A stretch of 52,923 bases of DNA, taken from NCBI GenBank assembly GCA_035537395.1, contig DATLME010000114.1:1-52923 (forward strand), in the 5' to 3' direction. The position numbers and the translations under genes are program-made. The stretch is from Sphingomonas sp. (GTDB taxonomy: Bacteria > Pseudomonadota > Alphaproteobacteria > Sphingomonadales > Sphingomonadaceae). Within the stretch, counting starts at the first letter, position 1, and each line of letters starts with the position of its first letter. The notes below the pieces were generated by a model. The model did no database searches and was not told where the DNA came from. It saw nothing but the letters and a program-made list of their open reading frames with translations. Shown piece by piece: positions 10,537-20,227 of this stretch.

Positions 10537-13377
10537 ATGCGTCTGATCCGTGCTGCCCTGTTGTTGGGCGCAGCGTCGCTGGCGCTGCCCGCGGAAGCGC
10601 AGACCGCCCCGGCGCGGGCCGGCAACGCCGCCGCCGCGGTCAAGCCGATCGCCTTCACCGAACGGACCCTCGCCAACGGCTTGCGGGTGTTCGCGCTGCG
10701 CGACACCGGCACGCCCAATGTCGCGGTGCAGGTCTGGTACGATGTCGGTTCGAAGGACGATCCCAAGGGCCGTTCGGGCTTTGCGCACATGTTCGAACAT
10801 TTGATGTTCAAGACCACGCGCAACCTGGTGTCCGAGCAGATGGACCGGCTGACCGAAGACGTCGGCGGCTACAACAACGCCTCGACCAACGATGACTACA
10901 CCAACTACTACGAGGTCGTTCCCGCCAACCATCTCGAACGACTGCTGTTCGCGGAGGCCGACCGCATGGCCAGCCTCGTCGTCGAGCCGACCAGCTTCGC
11001 GTCCGAACGCGACGTCGTGAAGGAAGAACTCCGCCAGTCAACGCTGGCGCGCCCTTATGGCAAGCTGTTCTCGACCTATCTGTCGGCGGCTTCCTACGCC
11101 CGTCACCCCTATGCGCGATCGGGCATCGGCAGCATCCAGGATCTCGAAGCCGCGTCTATCGACGACGTGCGCGCCTTCCACGCCACCTATTATCGCCCGG
11201 ACAATGCCATCCTCGTGGTGTCCGGCAACTTCGACGCGGCGCAGCTCGACGCCTGGGTCAACCGCTACTTCGCGCCGATCGCGAAGCCTGCCGGCACGAT
11301 CCCGCGAGTGACCGTCACCGAACCTGCGCGCACCACGCCGGTCGGCTACACGGTGTACGAGCCCAATACCCCGCTCCCTGCCGTCATGATGACCTGGCAC
11401 GTTCCCGCCGATCGCCACCCTGACATCCCGGCGCTGACCGTGCTCCAGACGATCCTCGCTACCGGCGAAAGCTCTCGGCTGTACCAAAGTCTCGTCTACC
11501 GCGACCAGCTCGCCCAGGACGCCGCCGCGTTCCTCGACAGCAAGCAGGGCACCGGCAACCTGATCGCCTACGCTATCCTGGCGGGCGGCAAGACCGTCGC
11601 CGCAGGGGAAGCAGGGCTGCGGCGCGAAATCGCGCGGATGCGCGATGAGGCGGTGACCGCCGCGGAACTCGCCGAAGCCAAGAACGAGATCCTGACAGCA
11701 GCGATCAGGAGCCGCGAGACCGCAGAGGGCAAGGCGCGGGTGCTCGCCTCCTCGGTGATCGTCGACGGCGATCCGCGCCATACGGATCGTCAGCTGGCGG
11801 CGATCGCGACCGTTTCGATTGCGGACGTGCAGCGCGTGGCGCGCCGCTATCTCGGCGAGCCGCAGGCGGCGACGATCCGCTATTTGCCCGACACGGCGAA
11901 AACGGCCACCGCCAAGGCCGACACGATCGCCGTGCTGCCTAGCGTAACCACGGTGGCGCTGACGCCGCCACGCACGATCGCCGTGGTCACCCCGGCGCCG
12001 GAGGGCGAGCGCCAGCTCGCACCCGCGCCCGCCGCGCCGGTCCTGGCGGCGTTGCCGATACCCGTCGAGACCCGCCTGGCTAACGGCATGCGCGTGATCA
12101 CGGTCGAGCGTCACGATCTGCCGCTCGTGACCGCGGCGCTCGTCGCTACCGGGGGCGGCGCAACCGATCCCGCCGCGCGTCCGGGCGTTGCCAGTCTCGC
12201 CGCGACGCTGATGACGAAGGGTACCGCGACGCGCTCCGCGACCGACATCGCCCGGCAGATCGAAACGCTCGGCGGCTCGATCAGCAGCGGCGCCGACCGT
12301 GACGGCGCTTCGGTGGCCGTGACGGTCAAGTCGGACCAACTCGCCGCGGCGCTGCCCATCCTCGCCGACGTCGCGACCACGCCCGCTTTCGCCCCCGAGG
12401 AGATCGAGCGTGCCCGCGCGCAGGCGATCGACGGCGTCCAGGTCGCGATGAAGGATCCGGCTCAACTGGCCGGGCTCGTCGCGAGCCGTGTCGTGTTCGG
12501 CAGCGGTCCCTACGCCGCCCCGCTCGAAGGCACGCCGACATCGCTGAAAGCGATCACTCGGGAAGAGATCGCCGCGTCCTACGCCGCGACCTGGTTGCCC
12601 GCGCAGACGGCATTGATCATGGTCGGCGACATTACCTCGGCTGCCGCCACGGCGCTCGCCGAACGACGCTTCGGCGGCTGGCGGTCGCAGTCTGCCGCGC
12701 CGGTCGCAGCCAAGCTGCCGGTGCCGCCCGCGCCACGCATTGTCGTGGTCGACATGCCCGGGGCCGGTCAGGCCGGCGTCGTGGTGGCGCGCCCCGCGAT
12801 CACCCGGACCGATCCACGCTATTATCCGCTCAGCGTCGCCAACACGGTGCTCGGCGGCGGGTTCTCATCCCGGCTCAATCAGGAGATCCGGATCAAGCGC
12901 GGGCTGGCCTACGGCGCCGGCAGCAGCATGCAGGCGCGGCGTATCGGCGGCATCGTCGCGGCACGCACCCAGACCAAGAACGAAACTGCGCCGGCCGTGG
13001 TCGCGCTGATCGTCGCGGAAATGGCGCGGCTTGGCACCCAGGCCGTACCCGCCAGTGAACTCGACACCCGCAAGGCAGTGCTGGTCGGCGGCTTCGGGCG
13101 CGCGACGGAGACCACCGACGGCTTGGCCGACATCATCGGCGATTATGTCGTTCAGTCGGTGCCGCTCGGCGAACTCGCCCGCTACACCGGTGCGGTGGAA
13201 GGCGTGGATCCCGCCGCGATCCGCAGCGCGTCAGGCGCGTTGCTCGATCCCAAGGCCGCGAGCATCGTCGTGGTCGGCGACGCGAAGCAGTTCATCGATC
13301 CGCTCCGCAAGGCGTACCCCGGGGTCGAACTGATCGCCGACGGCAGCGTCAAGCTCGACAGCGCTGCACTGAAATAG
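10537..13377 (+). CDS. M16 (pitrilysin/insulinase family) zinc protease, exported
   Basis: signal peptide; inverted zincin HMFEH; duplicated LANG(L/M)RV halves; SRLNQEIRIKRGLAYG. Confidence 0.92.
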   Translation: MRLIRAALLLGAASLALPAEAQTAPARAGNAAAAVKPIAFTERTLANGLRVFALRDTGTPNVAVQVWYDVGSKDDPKGRSGFAHMFEHLMFKTTRNLVSEQMDRLTEDVGGYNNASTNDDYTNYYEVVPANHLERLLFAEADRMASLVVEPTSFASERDVVKEELRQSTLARPYGKLFSTYLSAASYARHPYARSGIGSIQDLEAASIDDVRAFHATYYRPDNAILVVSGNFDAAQLDAWVNRYFAPIAKPAGTIPRVTVTEPARTTPVGYTVYEPNTPLPAVMMTWHVPADRHPDIPALTVLQTILATGESSRLYQSLVYRDQLAQDAAAFLDSKQGTGNLIAYAILAGGKTVAAGEAGLRREIARMRDEAVTAAELAEAKNEILTAAIRSRETAEGKARVLASSVIVDGDPRHTDRQLAAIATVSIADVQRVARRYLGEPQAATIRYLPDTAKTATAKADTIAVLPSVTTVALTPPRTIAVVTPAPEGERQLAPAPAAPVLAALPIPVETRLANGMRVITVERHDLPLVTAALVATGGGATDPAARPGVASLAATLMTKGTATRSATDIARQIETLGGSISSGADRDGASVAVTVKSDQLAAALPILADVATTPAFAPEEIERARAQAIDGVQVAMKDPAQLAGLVASRVVFGSGPYAAPLEGTPTSLKAITREEIAASYAATWLPAQTALIMVGDITSAAATALAERRFGGWRSQSAAPVAAKLPVPPAPRIVVVDMPGAGQAGVVVARPAITRTDPRYYPLSVANTVLGGGFSSRLNQEIRIKRGLAYGAGSSMQARRIGGIVAARTQTKNETAPAVVALIVAEMARLGTQAVPASELDTRKAVLVGGFGRATETTDGLADIIGDYVVQSVPLGELARYTGAVEGVDPAAIRSASGALLDPKAASIVVVGDAKQFIDPLRKAYPGVELIADGSVKLDSAALK

Positions 13378-13378
13378 C

Positions 13379-14359
13379 TTGGCAGCACGCGCCTCCGACA
13401 GCGCGACGCCGCGGCGGATCGCGACGGGTGTCGTTGCGGTCACCGCGATGGCCGTGGCCGGGTTTGCCGCGCATGTGGGATGGCGCGCGACCCACGACCC
13501 CGTCGGCGCCAAGGCTTCCGTCACGGCGGAACGAACCGCGCGGCCACGTGCAACGGCGACGGTTCCGTTCGCGGCCGCGCCTGGCGCCGGAGTTACCGGT
13601 TCGATGCCGCTCCCCTCGCTACCCGTTTCCCCGCGCGTGGCGGCTGCGATCGTCGCGGCGCAGACCGGGATTGCCGCGGCAGCGCCGTTCACGCTCACGG
13701 GCATCGGCGCGCGAGACCGCGCGCGTGCGCTCGAATGTCTCACCGCCGCGATCTACTACGAGGCGGCGACCGAGGGCGACGCGGGGCAGGCTGCGGTGGC
13801 GCAGGTGGTGCTCAATCGGGTTCGCCATCCCGCTTTCCCAGCCACTGTGTGCGGCGTGGTCTACCAGGGATCGGAAAGGTCCGGCTGCCAGTTCAGTTTC
13901 GCGTGTGACGGTGCGGCCGGACGGGTACCTACGCCCGCAGGTTGGGCACGGGCGGCGCGTACCGCCGCACGCTCGCTGACCGGGCGGGTATTTGCGAATG
14001 TTGGGCTCGCGACGCACTATCACACCTACGCGGTGACTCCCGTCTGGAACCGCGGCCTCGTGATGACGGATGTCGTCGGCGCCCACTTCTTCCATCGCTG
14101 GAAGGGATATTGGGGCACAGCAGCTGCGTTCCATCAATCCTATCGCGGCGGTGAACCGATGCCGCGCGTGCCACGTGTCGACAAACCGGCGGCGCCCTTG
14201 CCTCCGGTCGCAACCACCGCGGAAACGTTACCGGTTTCGGCATTGACCCCGTCGGCTGGAACGAACCCAGCGGATCGGCTGCCGCCGGCCTCGCAAGTGC
14301 TCGACCGTTGGAAGGATTCGGGAAAGCCGCTCGCGATGCCGGCGCGCCCGCCACGATAG
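13379..14359 (+). CDS. cell wall hydrolase (SleB/Hydrolase_2 family); start uncertain
   Basis: CLTAAIYYEA, VAQVVLNRVRHPAFP.TVCGVVYQG, CQFSF.CDG, ATHYH. Confidence 0.88.
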   Translation: MAARASDSATPRRIATGVVAVTAMAVAGFAAHVGWRATHDPVGAKASVTAERTARPRATATVPFAAAPGAGVTGSMPLPSLPVSPRVAAAIVAAQTGIAAAAPFTLTGIGARDRARALECLTAAIYYEAATEGDAGQAAVAQVVLNRVRHPAFPATVCGVVYQGSERSGCQFSFACDGAAGRVPTPAGWARAARTAARSLTGRVFANVGLATHYHTYAVTPVWNRGLVMTDVVGAHFFHRWKGYWGTAAAFHQSYRGGEPMPRVPRVDKPAAPLPPVATTAETLPVSALTPSAGTNPADRLPPASQVLDRWKDSGKPLAMPARPPR

Positions 14360-14375
14360 CGGGCGCGCGTTCGGC

Positions 14376-14801
14376 TTAACGGCAGCGTACGTTGTTGCGA
14401 TCGACCGATTGTCCGACGGCAGCGCCGGCCGCACCGCCCAGCAATGCGCCGAGCACGCCCGAGCCGCCGGGCGCGATCAGGCTTCCGAGTACGCCGCCGG
14501 CAACGCCGCCGACCAGCAGGCCGGTCGTACCGTCGGGGCGACGGCAATAATAGTTGCCGTTCTGGCCGCGATAGATGCGGTCGTTCTGCGACAGGCGACG
14601 TTCGCGGTAGCGACGATTATCGACGTAATAGCGGCTCGCGTCGTAACCGCCGTAGCTCGGGTCGGCACGGTCGTAGTCATATTGGGAATAGGTGCGGTAG
14701 CGGGGGTCGTTGCCGTAGGACCCGCCGGAACCGGCACAGCCTGCTACCAGGGTAGCGGCGGCGACCGCAGCGAACGACGACGCCAGGCGATAGTTGGTCA
14801 T
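14376..14801 (-). CDS. glycine-zipper lipoprotein
   Basis: lipobox VAGC; YCRRPDGTTGLLVGGVAGGVLG...GAAAGAAVG; AGGAGGAG upstream. Confidence 0.85.
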   Translation of the reverse strand: MTNYRLASSFAAVAAATLVAGCAGSGGSYGNDPRYRTYSQYDYDRADPSYGGYDASRYYVDNRRYRERRLSQNDRIYRGQNGNYYCRRPDGTTGLLVGGVAGGVLGSLIAPGGSGVLGALLGGAAGAAVGQSVDRNNVRCR

Positions 14802-14828
14802 GTCTTCTCTCCTCCTGTGTCGGCACTC

Positions 14829-14854
14829 AATGCGCCGACCGGGAGGAAAGTTGC
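14829..14854 (-). promoter_or_regulatory. degenerate EcfG/SigT-type promoter
   Basis: GCAAC-N17-CATT on the - strand upstream of the lipoprotein gene. Confidence 0.5.
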
Positions 14855-14860
14855 GCCGAC

Positions 14861-15061
14861 CTAGTCCGCCAGGGCTACCGCGGCCTGCGTTGCACCTTCG
14901 CGGGTAGCGCGCGCAGTCTCGACGCGCAGGCTTCGCTCGGCCATTTTCGACCAGGCCTGCTCGGCACGCAGGCAGCGTTCGCGGACATTGTCGAGGGTCG
15001 CGGCGCCGGCATCGGCGGCGGCGGCAGCGGCGCGGGCCGTGTAGGTATCGCTCTCTCGCAT
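14861..15061 (-). CDS. small hypothetical protein
   Basis: AGGAGA RBS; 66 aa, helical (ATLDNVRERCLRAEQAW). Confidence 0.7.
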   Translation of the reverse strand: MRESDTYTARAAAAAADAGAATLDNVRERCLRAEQAWSKMAERSLRVETARATREGATQAAVALAD

Positions 15062-15083
15062 CGACTATCTCCTCGCAGCATTC

Positions 15084-15124
15084 AAAAACTGGTCGGCCCG
15101 GCAACATTCGCCGCCGGGCCGGCC
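15084..15124 (-). terminator. intrinsic terminator of the cold-shock gene
   Basis: GC stem 15091-15102/15113-15124 followed by a T-run on the - strand. Confidence 0.6.
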
Positions 15125-15131
15125 GGGTCGC

Positions 15132-15344
15132 TTAGTCGTCCTGCGGCTGCAGGTTGACTGCCGACTGCTTGCCGCGCTTGTCCGGCTCAAGGTCGTATGA
15201 AACGCGCTGCTTCTCGCGCAGTGTAACCATCCCCGCCCGCTCGACTGCGGTCACATGGACGAAGGCGTCATTGCCGCCGCCGTCCGGTGCGATGAAGCCA
15301 TAGCCCTTGTCGGCGTTGAAAAATTTGACGGTGCCGGTGACCAT
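15132..15344 (-). CDS. cold-shock protein (CspA family)
   Basis: GTVKFFNADKGYGFI (RNP1), DAFVHV (RNP2). Confidence 0.95.
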   Translation of the reverse strand: MVTGTVKFFNADKGYGFIAPDGGGNDAFVHVTAVERAGMVTLREKQRVSYDLEPDKRGKQSAVNLQPQDD

Positions 15345-15528
15345 AATCGCTTCCTTCTGTCTCGAGGCGCCCCGCTCGTCGGGCCGCCCGGTGCCTCGGC
15401 AGCAGGGAAGGAAGGAAGAGGGAGCCGCAAAGCGCCGAAGACCGTCGATATGCGACTGTAGCATCCCCTATGTGGGCGCTCGGCAGCCAAAATGCAAACC
15501 GCCCCCTCGGGCAAGCTACCATCCGGCA

Positions 15529-15879
15529 TCAAATTCCCGTGGTCGACCCACGATCCGCGGCAAAGCCGGGCGCCGGCCCCGTTGCAGGACGAAGCGAGTC
15601 GCGCATCGACTCGGGGACCGGTGCGGTCGGATCCGGCCTGAAAGCGTCGGGAGCACGATCAGCGGCACCGGGCCGTGGCTTGCCAAGCGCGAGATCGGGC
15701 GCGGCATGCTCGGCCGGGTTCGTCCGTGACCGGCGGACGAACAGCCCAAGGAACGCCGCCCCAAGTCCCAGCGCCGCAATCCCTGCTGTGATCGTGGCGA
15801 CGCCCAAATTTCGTGGCTTTTCGCGTCGCGGCTGAACGGCGGATTTGCCGCGGCGGTTCTTCGGGGCCTTGGCAGCCAT
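15529..15879 (-). CDS. hypothetical single-TM protein
   Basis: basic N-terminus, one TM helix, Pro/Asp-rich tail; preceded by an ECF promoter. Confidence 0.65.
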   Translation of the reverse strand: MAAKAPKNRRGKSAVQPRREKPRNLGVATITAGIAALGLGAAFLGLFVRRSRTNPAEHAAPDLALGKPRPGAADRAPDAFRPDPTAPVPESMRDSLRPATGPAPGFAADRGSTTGI

Positions 15880-15916
15880 GATGATTCACTTTCGCTTGAA
15901 CGGTACGAAAATGGTC

Positions 15917-15942
15917 AACGGGTAGGACCAGCGCCGTGTTCC
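15917..15942 (-). promoter_or_regulatory. EcfG/SigT-type general stress promoter
   Basis: exact GGAAC-N17-CGTT on the - strand. Confidence 0.7.
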
Positions 15943-15953
15943 GGCGCGTGTTG

Positions 15954-16856
15954 CTACAAGTAGTCGGTAAGGCTCATTTCCGTGATCTGCGCGAACACCG
16001 AATAGCTCGCTTCGAGATATTGCTGCTGAAGCTTCACGTCGATGGAAAGCTGGCCATAATCGGCATCTTCGACATCCGAAATGATCGCAGTGAGCAGGAG
16101 CGACCGGTCGTCGGCGCGGATCGCAAGGGTCTCCACCTGCTGCTGGCGTTCACCGTTGGCGGCGTTGACTGCCCGCACCTGCGGCAGTGCATCGTCGATC
16201 AGGCCAATGGCGGTACGCAACGCTGTAAGTTGGTCCTCCGTCGGCTTCGCTCCGATCGTGCCCGCCTCGGCGATCGTTCGAAACGCCGCAAGCATGTCGC
16301 TACCGATCTCACTCGCGGTAACCCCATAAGTAACGTCAACATTGTCTGCGACGCGGGTGCTGGCGCGGGTTCCATCACCTGCGAACGCCGTGTCGGTCGT
16401 AGCACCCACGGTGTCCGTCAGCGTTTCCGGCAGGAAGGGTTTGGTTTCCACCTGCCCGCCTGCAAACAGTGATTTACCGTCTGAGGTCGCGTTCAGCGCA
16501 GCCCGATACTGCGCGAATGCGTTCTCGACCGCTTGCTGCACACCGGCGGTATTGCCGTTGCCAACCGCGGTCACCAGCGTGGTCCGCAACTCGGATGCAG
16601 CCGTGTCGATGGTGGTGATGTTGGCGTCGTAGAGGGAGAGCTTCGTTCCGAGTTCGCGTGCGACCTTGCCCTGCGCCTCCTGCGCCGAGAGCATGCTGCG
16701 CGCCGACAAGGTGCGGACGCCATCGGTGCCGAGCTCCGCCATGTCGTTCGCCCGCTTTTCGGTCGCCAGGCGCTCGTTCGTCTTGGCGAGGGCATTTTGC
16801 GCCCTTTCCATCGAGGAGCGCATCGTTTGCTGGAGGGTGACGGTGGCGATGCGCAT
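15954..16856 (-). CDS. flgL: flagellar hook-associated protein 3 (flagellin-like)
   Basis: MRIAT start, LFAGG, SDVEDAD...LEASYSVFAQITEMSLTDYL; follows flgK. Confidence 0.85.
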   Translation of the reverse strand: MRIATVTLQQTMRSSMERAQNALAKTNERLATEKRANDMAELGTDGVRTLSARSMLSAQEAQGKVARELGTKLSLYDANITTIDTAASELRTTLVTAVGNGNTAGVQQAVENAFAQYRAALNATSDGKSLFAGGQVETKPFLPETLTDTVGATTDTAFAGDGTRASTRVADNVDVTYGVTASEIGSDMLAAFRTIAEAGTIGAKPTEDQLTALRTAIGLIDDALPQVRAVNAANGERQQQVETLAIRADDRSLLLTAIISDVEDADYGQLSIDVKLQQQYLEASYSVFAQITEMSLTDYL

Positions 16857-16866
16857 TGGGTGCTCC

Positions 16867-18957
16867 TTACCTGATCATGCCGAGCAACGTGTCGTACATG
16901 TCGCTCGCGGTGGTCACGAGGCGGGCCGCCGCCGAGTAGCTGTTCTGGAGGACGACCATCTGCGCCAGCTCCTCCTCGATGTTGACGCCCGAGACGCTGT
17001 CGCGCCGCGCGATCGCGTCCTCGCGGCGCGCGACGAGCTCGCTGCTGCGGTCGGACGCACGCGCGGCCGCCGCGCCGGTCTCCCCCAACACCGTCGCGGC
17101 GAAGCGCACGATGGTGCTGCTCCCCTCGGTGCCGAGATCGAGCGGGGTGGCGAGCGCATCGACGAAGCCGGTGGCACCGCGGCGGTCGCCGCTGCCGAGC
17201 GCCTTCGCCCCCACCGCGACGTCCTGCAATTGCGCCAGCGGGAGGCGCTTGGCATCCGCGGCGATGTCCTGGCGAACCGCACCGGTGGCGAGATCGCTCG
17301 CATTGCCGTTCAGGCCCGCGATCGCGGTAAAGCTGCGCCCGGTGCCGGCCCGATCGGTGGTGTCGGACACGACGCCGAGCGTCGAGCCGGTGTTGCCCGC
17401 GAGCGCCGTGAAGGTGAAGTTGCCGGTCGACGACAGCTCGAAACGAACCGTCTTGCCGAGCGGACTGGCGTTCAGCTCGGTGACCAGATCGCCATAGCTG
17501 GTGCCGTTCGCGCCGGTCAGCGTGTGGCGCGCGACGACGTTGCCGGCGGGATCACGCAGCGCGAGCTCGACCTTGCCGCCGTCGAAGCCGTGCGCGTCGC
17601 CAGCGGTGAAGCCCGATGCGACGTGCATGCTCGCGTCGCTGCGCACCAGATCGTTGAGCCCGAAATAGTGCGAAAAGCCGGCACCGGCACGTGCGCTGGG
17701 CGAAGCCGGGTCCTGCGCGACCACGACCCCGGTGCCGCTCGCGTCGGCCGCGATCGTCAGGACGCCGTCCGCGAAGCTGGCGGTCGCGGCACCACCCAGC
17801 CCGGCGTTGATCGCGGCGACCGCATCGTCGACGGTCGCGGTGCTACCCAGCGCGGCGAAGTCGACGCGGGTCGATGCGACCAGCGTGCCGTCGTTCCGCG
17901 TCACCGCAAAGGTGGCGGCACCGGTAAAGCCCAGCCGGTCGCTACCGGCCAGCGCGGTCGGACGTCCGGACAAGGTCGCGGGGGCAGGCACCGCAGTGCT
18001 CGCGTTCGACGCCGCATTGAGCGTCCGAGCGAGCCCGCCGTACAAGGTGCCGAGACGTTCGGTGAAGGCAGGGATCTGGCTGTCGCGCACGTCGATCAGC
18101 CCGCCGAGCTTGCCCCCCGCCGAGGCGCTGTCGAGCGTCTGGCCGGTAGCAGCACCGGGGCGGCCCTGATCGTCCGCGAAGCGAACCTCGATCGCGGGAT
18201 AGACCGGCTGCGACGCGCCGACGCCGCCACCGTATGAAAGTTGCCGGACGCGCTGATCGATCAGCGGAATGCCGCTCGTCGTTTCGATCTCGACGCGGCC
18301 GTCGACCTTGGCGCGGGTGGTGATCCCGATCAGGTCGCTGAGTTCCTGAAGCGCTCCTGCGCGCTGGTCTTCGGGACCGGCCGTGCTGCGGCCCAGCCCG
18401 GTAAGGCTCGCGACCGAATCGTTGAGGTCGTCGATCCGCGACAGCAGCGCGTTGATCCGGGTGACTGTGGAACCGACCTCGCTGTCCGCATCGGTGCGCA
18501 AGGCGTCGGCATCGTTCGCGAGGTTCTGCAGTGAATCAATCGCGTCGGCGACATCGCCGATAAAGGCCGCATTCGCCTGGGTGCCGGCGGACCCGCCGGT
18601 AAGCGCAGTTGCCGAGGACGAGATGGAATCGAGCCGGGCCGACAGGCCCGACTCGGCACCGGTCGCTCCGAGATACGACTGCAAACGATCGAGATAGCCG
18701 GCAACCGTCTCGGCCCGGCCGGCATCGCCCGCACGACCATAGACGGCGCCTTCGAGATAGCGGTCGACCACGCGTTCCGGTTCGCCCACCACGACCCCGG
18801 ACACCTGCCCGCTCACCACACCGGCCTGCTGCGATACGCGCTGGCGGGCATAGCCGGGCGTGTTCACGTTGCTGATGTTGTTCGAGACCGTGCGCATACC
18901 AGCCTGGGCAGCGCCCAGGCCGGTGAGAGCGGTAGAAAGGATGTCGGTGACGGACAC
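16867..18957 (-). CDS. flgK: flagellar hook-associated protein 1
   Basis: SNNISNVNTPGYARQ; C-terminal SGVNIEEELAQMVVLQNSYSAAAR. Confidence 0.93.
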   Translation of the reverse strand: MSVTDILSTALTGLGAAQAGMRTVSNNISNVNTPGYARQRVSQQAGVVSGQVSGVVVGEPERVVDRYLEGAVYGRAGDAGRAETVAGYLDRLQSYLGATGAESGLSARLDSISSSATALTGGSAGTQANAAFIGDVADAIDSLQNLANDADALRTDADSEVGSTVTRINALLSRIDDLNDSVASLTGLGRSTAGPEDQRAGALQELSDLIGITTRAKVDGRVEIETTSGIPLIDQRVRQLSYGGGVGASQPVYPAIEVRFADDQGRPGAATGQTLDSASAGGKLGGLIDVRDSQIPAFTERLGTLYGGLARTLNAASNASTAVPAPATLSGRPTALAGSDRLGFTGAATFAVTRNDGTLVASTRVDFAALGSTATVDDAVAAINAGLGGAATASFADGVLTIAADASGTGVVVAQDPASPSARAGAGFSHYFGLNDLVRSDASMHVASGFTAGDAHGFDGGKVELALRDPAGNVVARHTLTGANGTSYGDLVTELNASPLGKTVRFELSSTGNFTFTALAGNTGSTLGVVSDTTDRAGTGRSFTAIAGLNGNASDLATGAVRQDIAADAKRLPLAQLQDVAVGAKALGSGDRRGATGFVDALATPLDLGTEGSSTIVRFAATVLGETGAAAARASDRSSELVARREDAIARRDSVSGVNIEEELAQMVVLQNSYSAAARLVTTASDMYDTLLGMIR

Positions 18958-18988
18958 GCCGGAGTTCCTTCGGGTTACGAGGCGCGGA

Positions 18989-20215
18989 TCAGCGCTTCAG
19001 GTTGCTGACTTCCTGAAGCATGTCGTCCACCGTGGTGATGATCTTCGACGACGCGCTGTAGGCACGCTGGAAACGGATCATGTTGGTGAATTCCTCCGCG
19101 AGATCCGCGGTGGACGCCTCGAGCTTGCCCGACTTGATCTCGCCCGTGCCGAGCGTGCCCGGCGCGTTGATCGTGAAGGTGCCGGATTGCACGGTGGGCA
19201 GAAAGGCGTTGCCGGCCACCCGCTGCACCCCGTCCGGATTGGGCACGGTGGCGATCGGCAGCTGGAACGCGGCGCGCTTGGTGCCGTCGGCGAAGACCGC
19301 ACTGACGATGCCTTCGTCGGAGACGTCGATCGAGGCGACGCTGCCGAGGATGCCGCCGTCGGCGGACGAGGTGAAGCTCTGCGGGCTGCCGAACTGCGTC
19401 AGCCCGGTGATCCCGCCATCGGTGCCGAGTTCGAAGGTGATCGGCAACGCCCCCGCGCCATTGGCCCAGTCGGGCAAGATCGCGGCGAACAGATCGGGGT
19501 CGCTGCCCGCGCGGTCGAGGCTGCCGTCCGGATTGAACTTGATGGTGCCGCTGGCGAGCACGCCGTCGATCGCAGCGACGTCGTTGGCCGGGCTCGAGTG
19601 TATCTCGGCCTTCCATTCATTGCCGCCGATCTTGATGGCGCTAAGGGTCAGGCGGTGGGCACCGCCCTGTTGATCGTAGACGTCGACCGAGCGGCTGAAC
19701 TGCGGCGGCACGTCGCCGGTCGACAGATCGCCGGCGGTGTAGGCGGTCGCGACCGCAGGGGTCACTGCCGTCGTCGTGTTGGGGAAGTTGGCGCGGATCT
19801 GCACCTTGGTGGTCGGCTTGGCGGTACCACCCAGGTCGCTCACCCGGATCGGCTCCAGCGAGTCGGTGTTGCCGGTGTTGACGTAGCCGCCCTCGGCATC
19901 GAGCCGCCAGCCCTGCAGGTACAGCCCCGCGGTGTTCTTCAGATACCCGTCCGGATCAGGCGTGAACGAGCCTGCGCGAGTCAGCTGGATGACGCCGCCA
20001 TCGACCCGGCTCGTGCTCGTCACGAAGAAGCCCTGGCCGTCGATGCCGAGATCCGTGGAACTCGCCGACGTGCCGAGCTGGCCCTGTTTCGAGATCAGCG
20101 AGCGGGCCGTCGCGGTGACGCCGCCGGCACTGTATTTGGCAGCCGAGCTGGTATCGCCGACGAGCGTGCTGAACTGACTTTCGACCTTCTTGTATCCCAC
20201 GGTGTTGATGTTGGT
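18989..20215 (-). pseudogene. flgE: flagellar hook protein FlgE, 5'-truncated (about 25 N-terminal codons missing)
   Basis: homology begins abruptly at TNINTVGYKK; DLGIDGQGFF, TRAGSF, LEASTADLAEEFTNMIRFQRAYSASSK; directly abuts flgG sequence. Confidence 0.85.
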
Positions 20216-20227
20216 CAACATGAACAC
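20202..20227. other. quasi-palindromic flgE/flgG fusion junction
   Basis: GTGTTGATGTTG-GT-CAACATGAACAC: 12-bp arms with 1 mismatch; left arm is flgE NINT on -, right arm is flgG NMNT on +. Confidence 0.85.

Noticed and set aside
15912-15919. TGGTCAAC, identical to the core of the flgE/flgG junction, as a possible second inversion end
   Set aside because: Only 8 bp, overlaps the -10 element of an ECF promoter, and no flgE or flgG 5' coding sequence adjoins it
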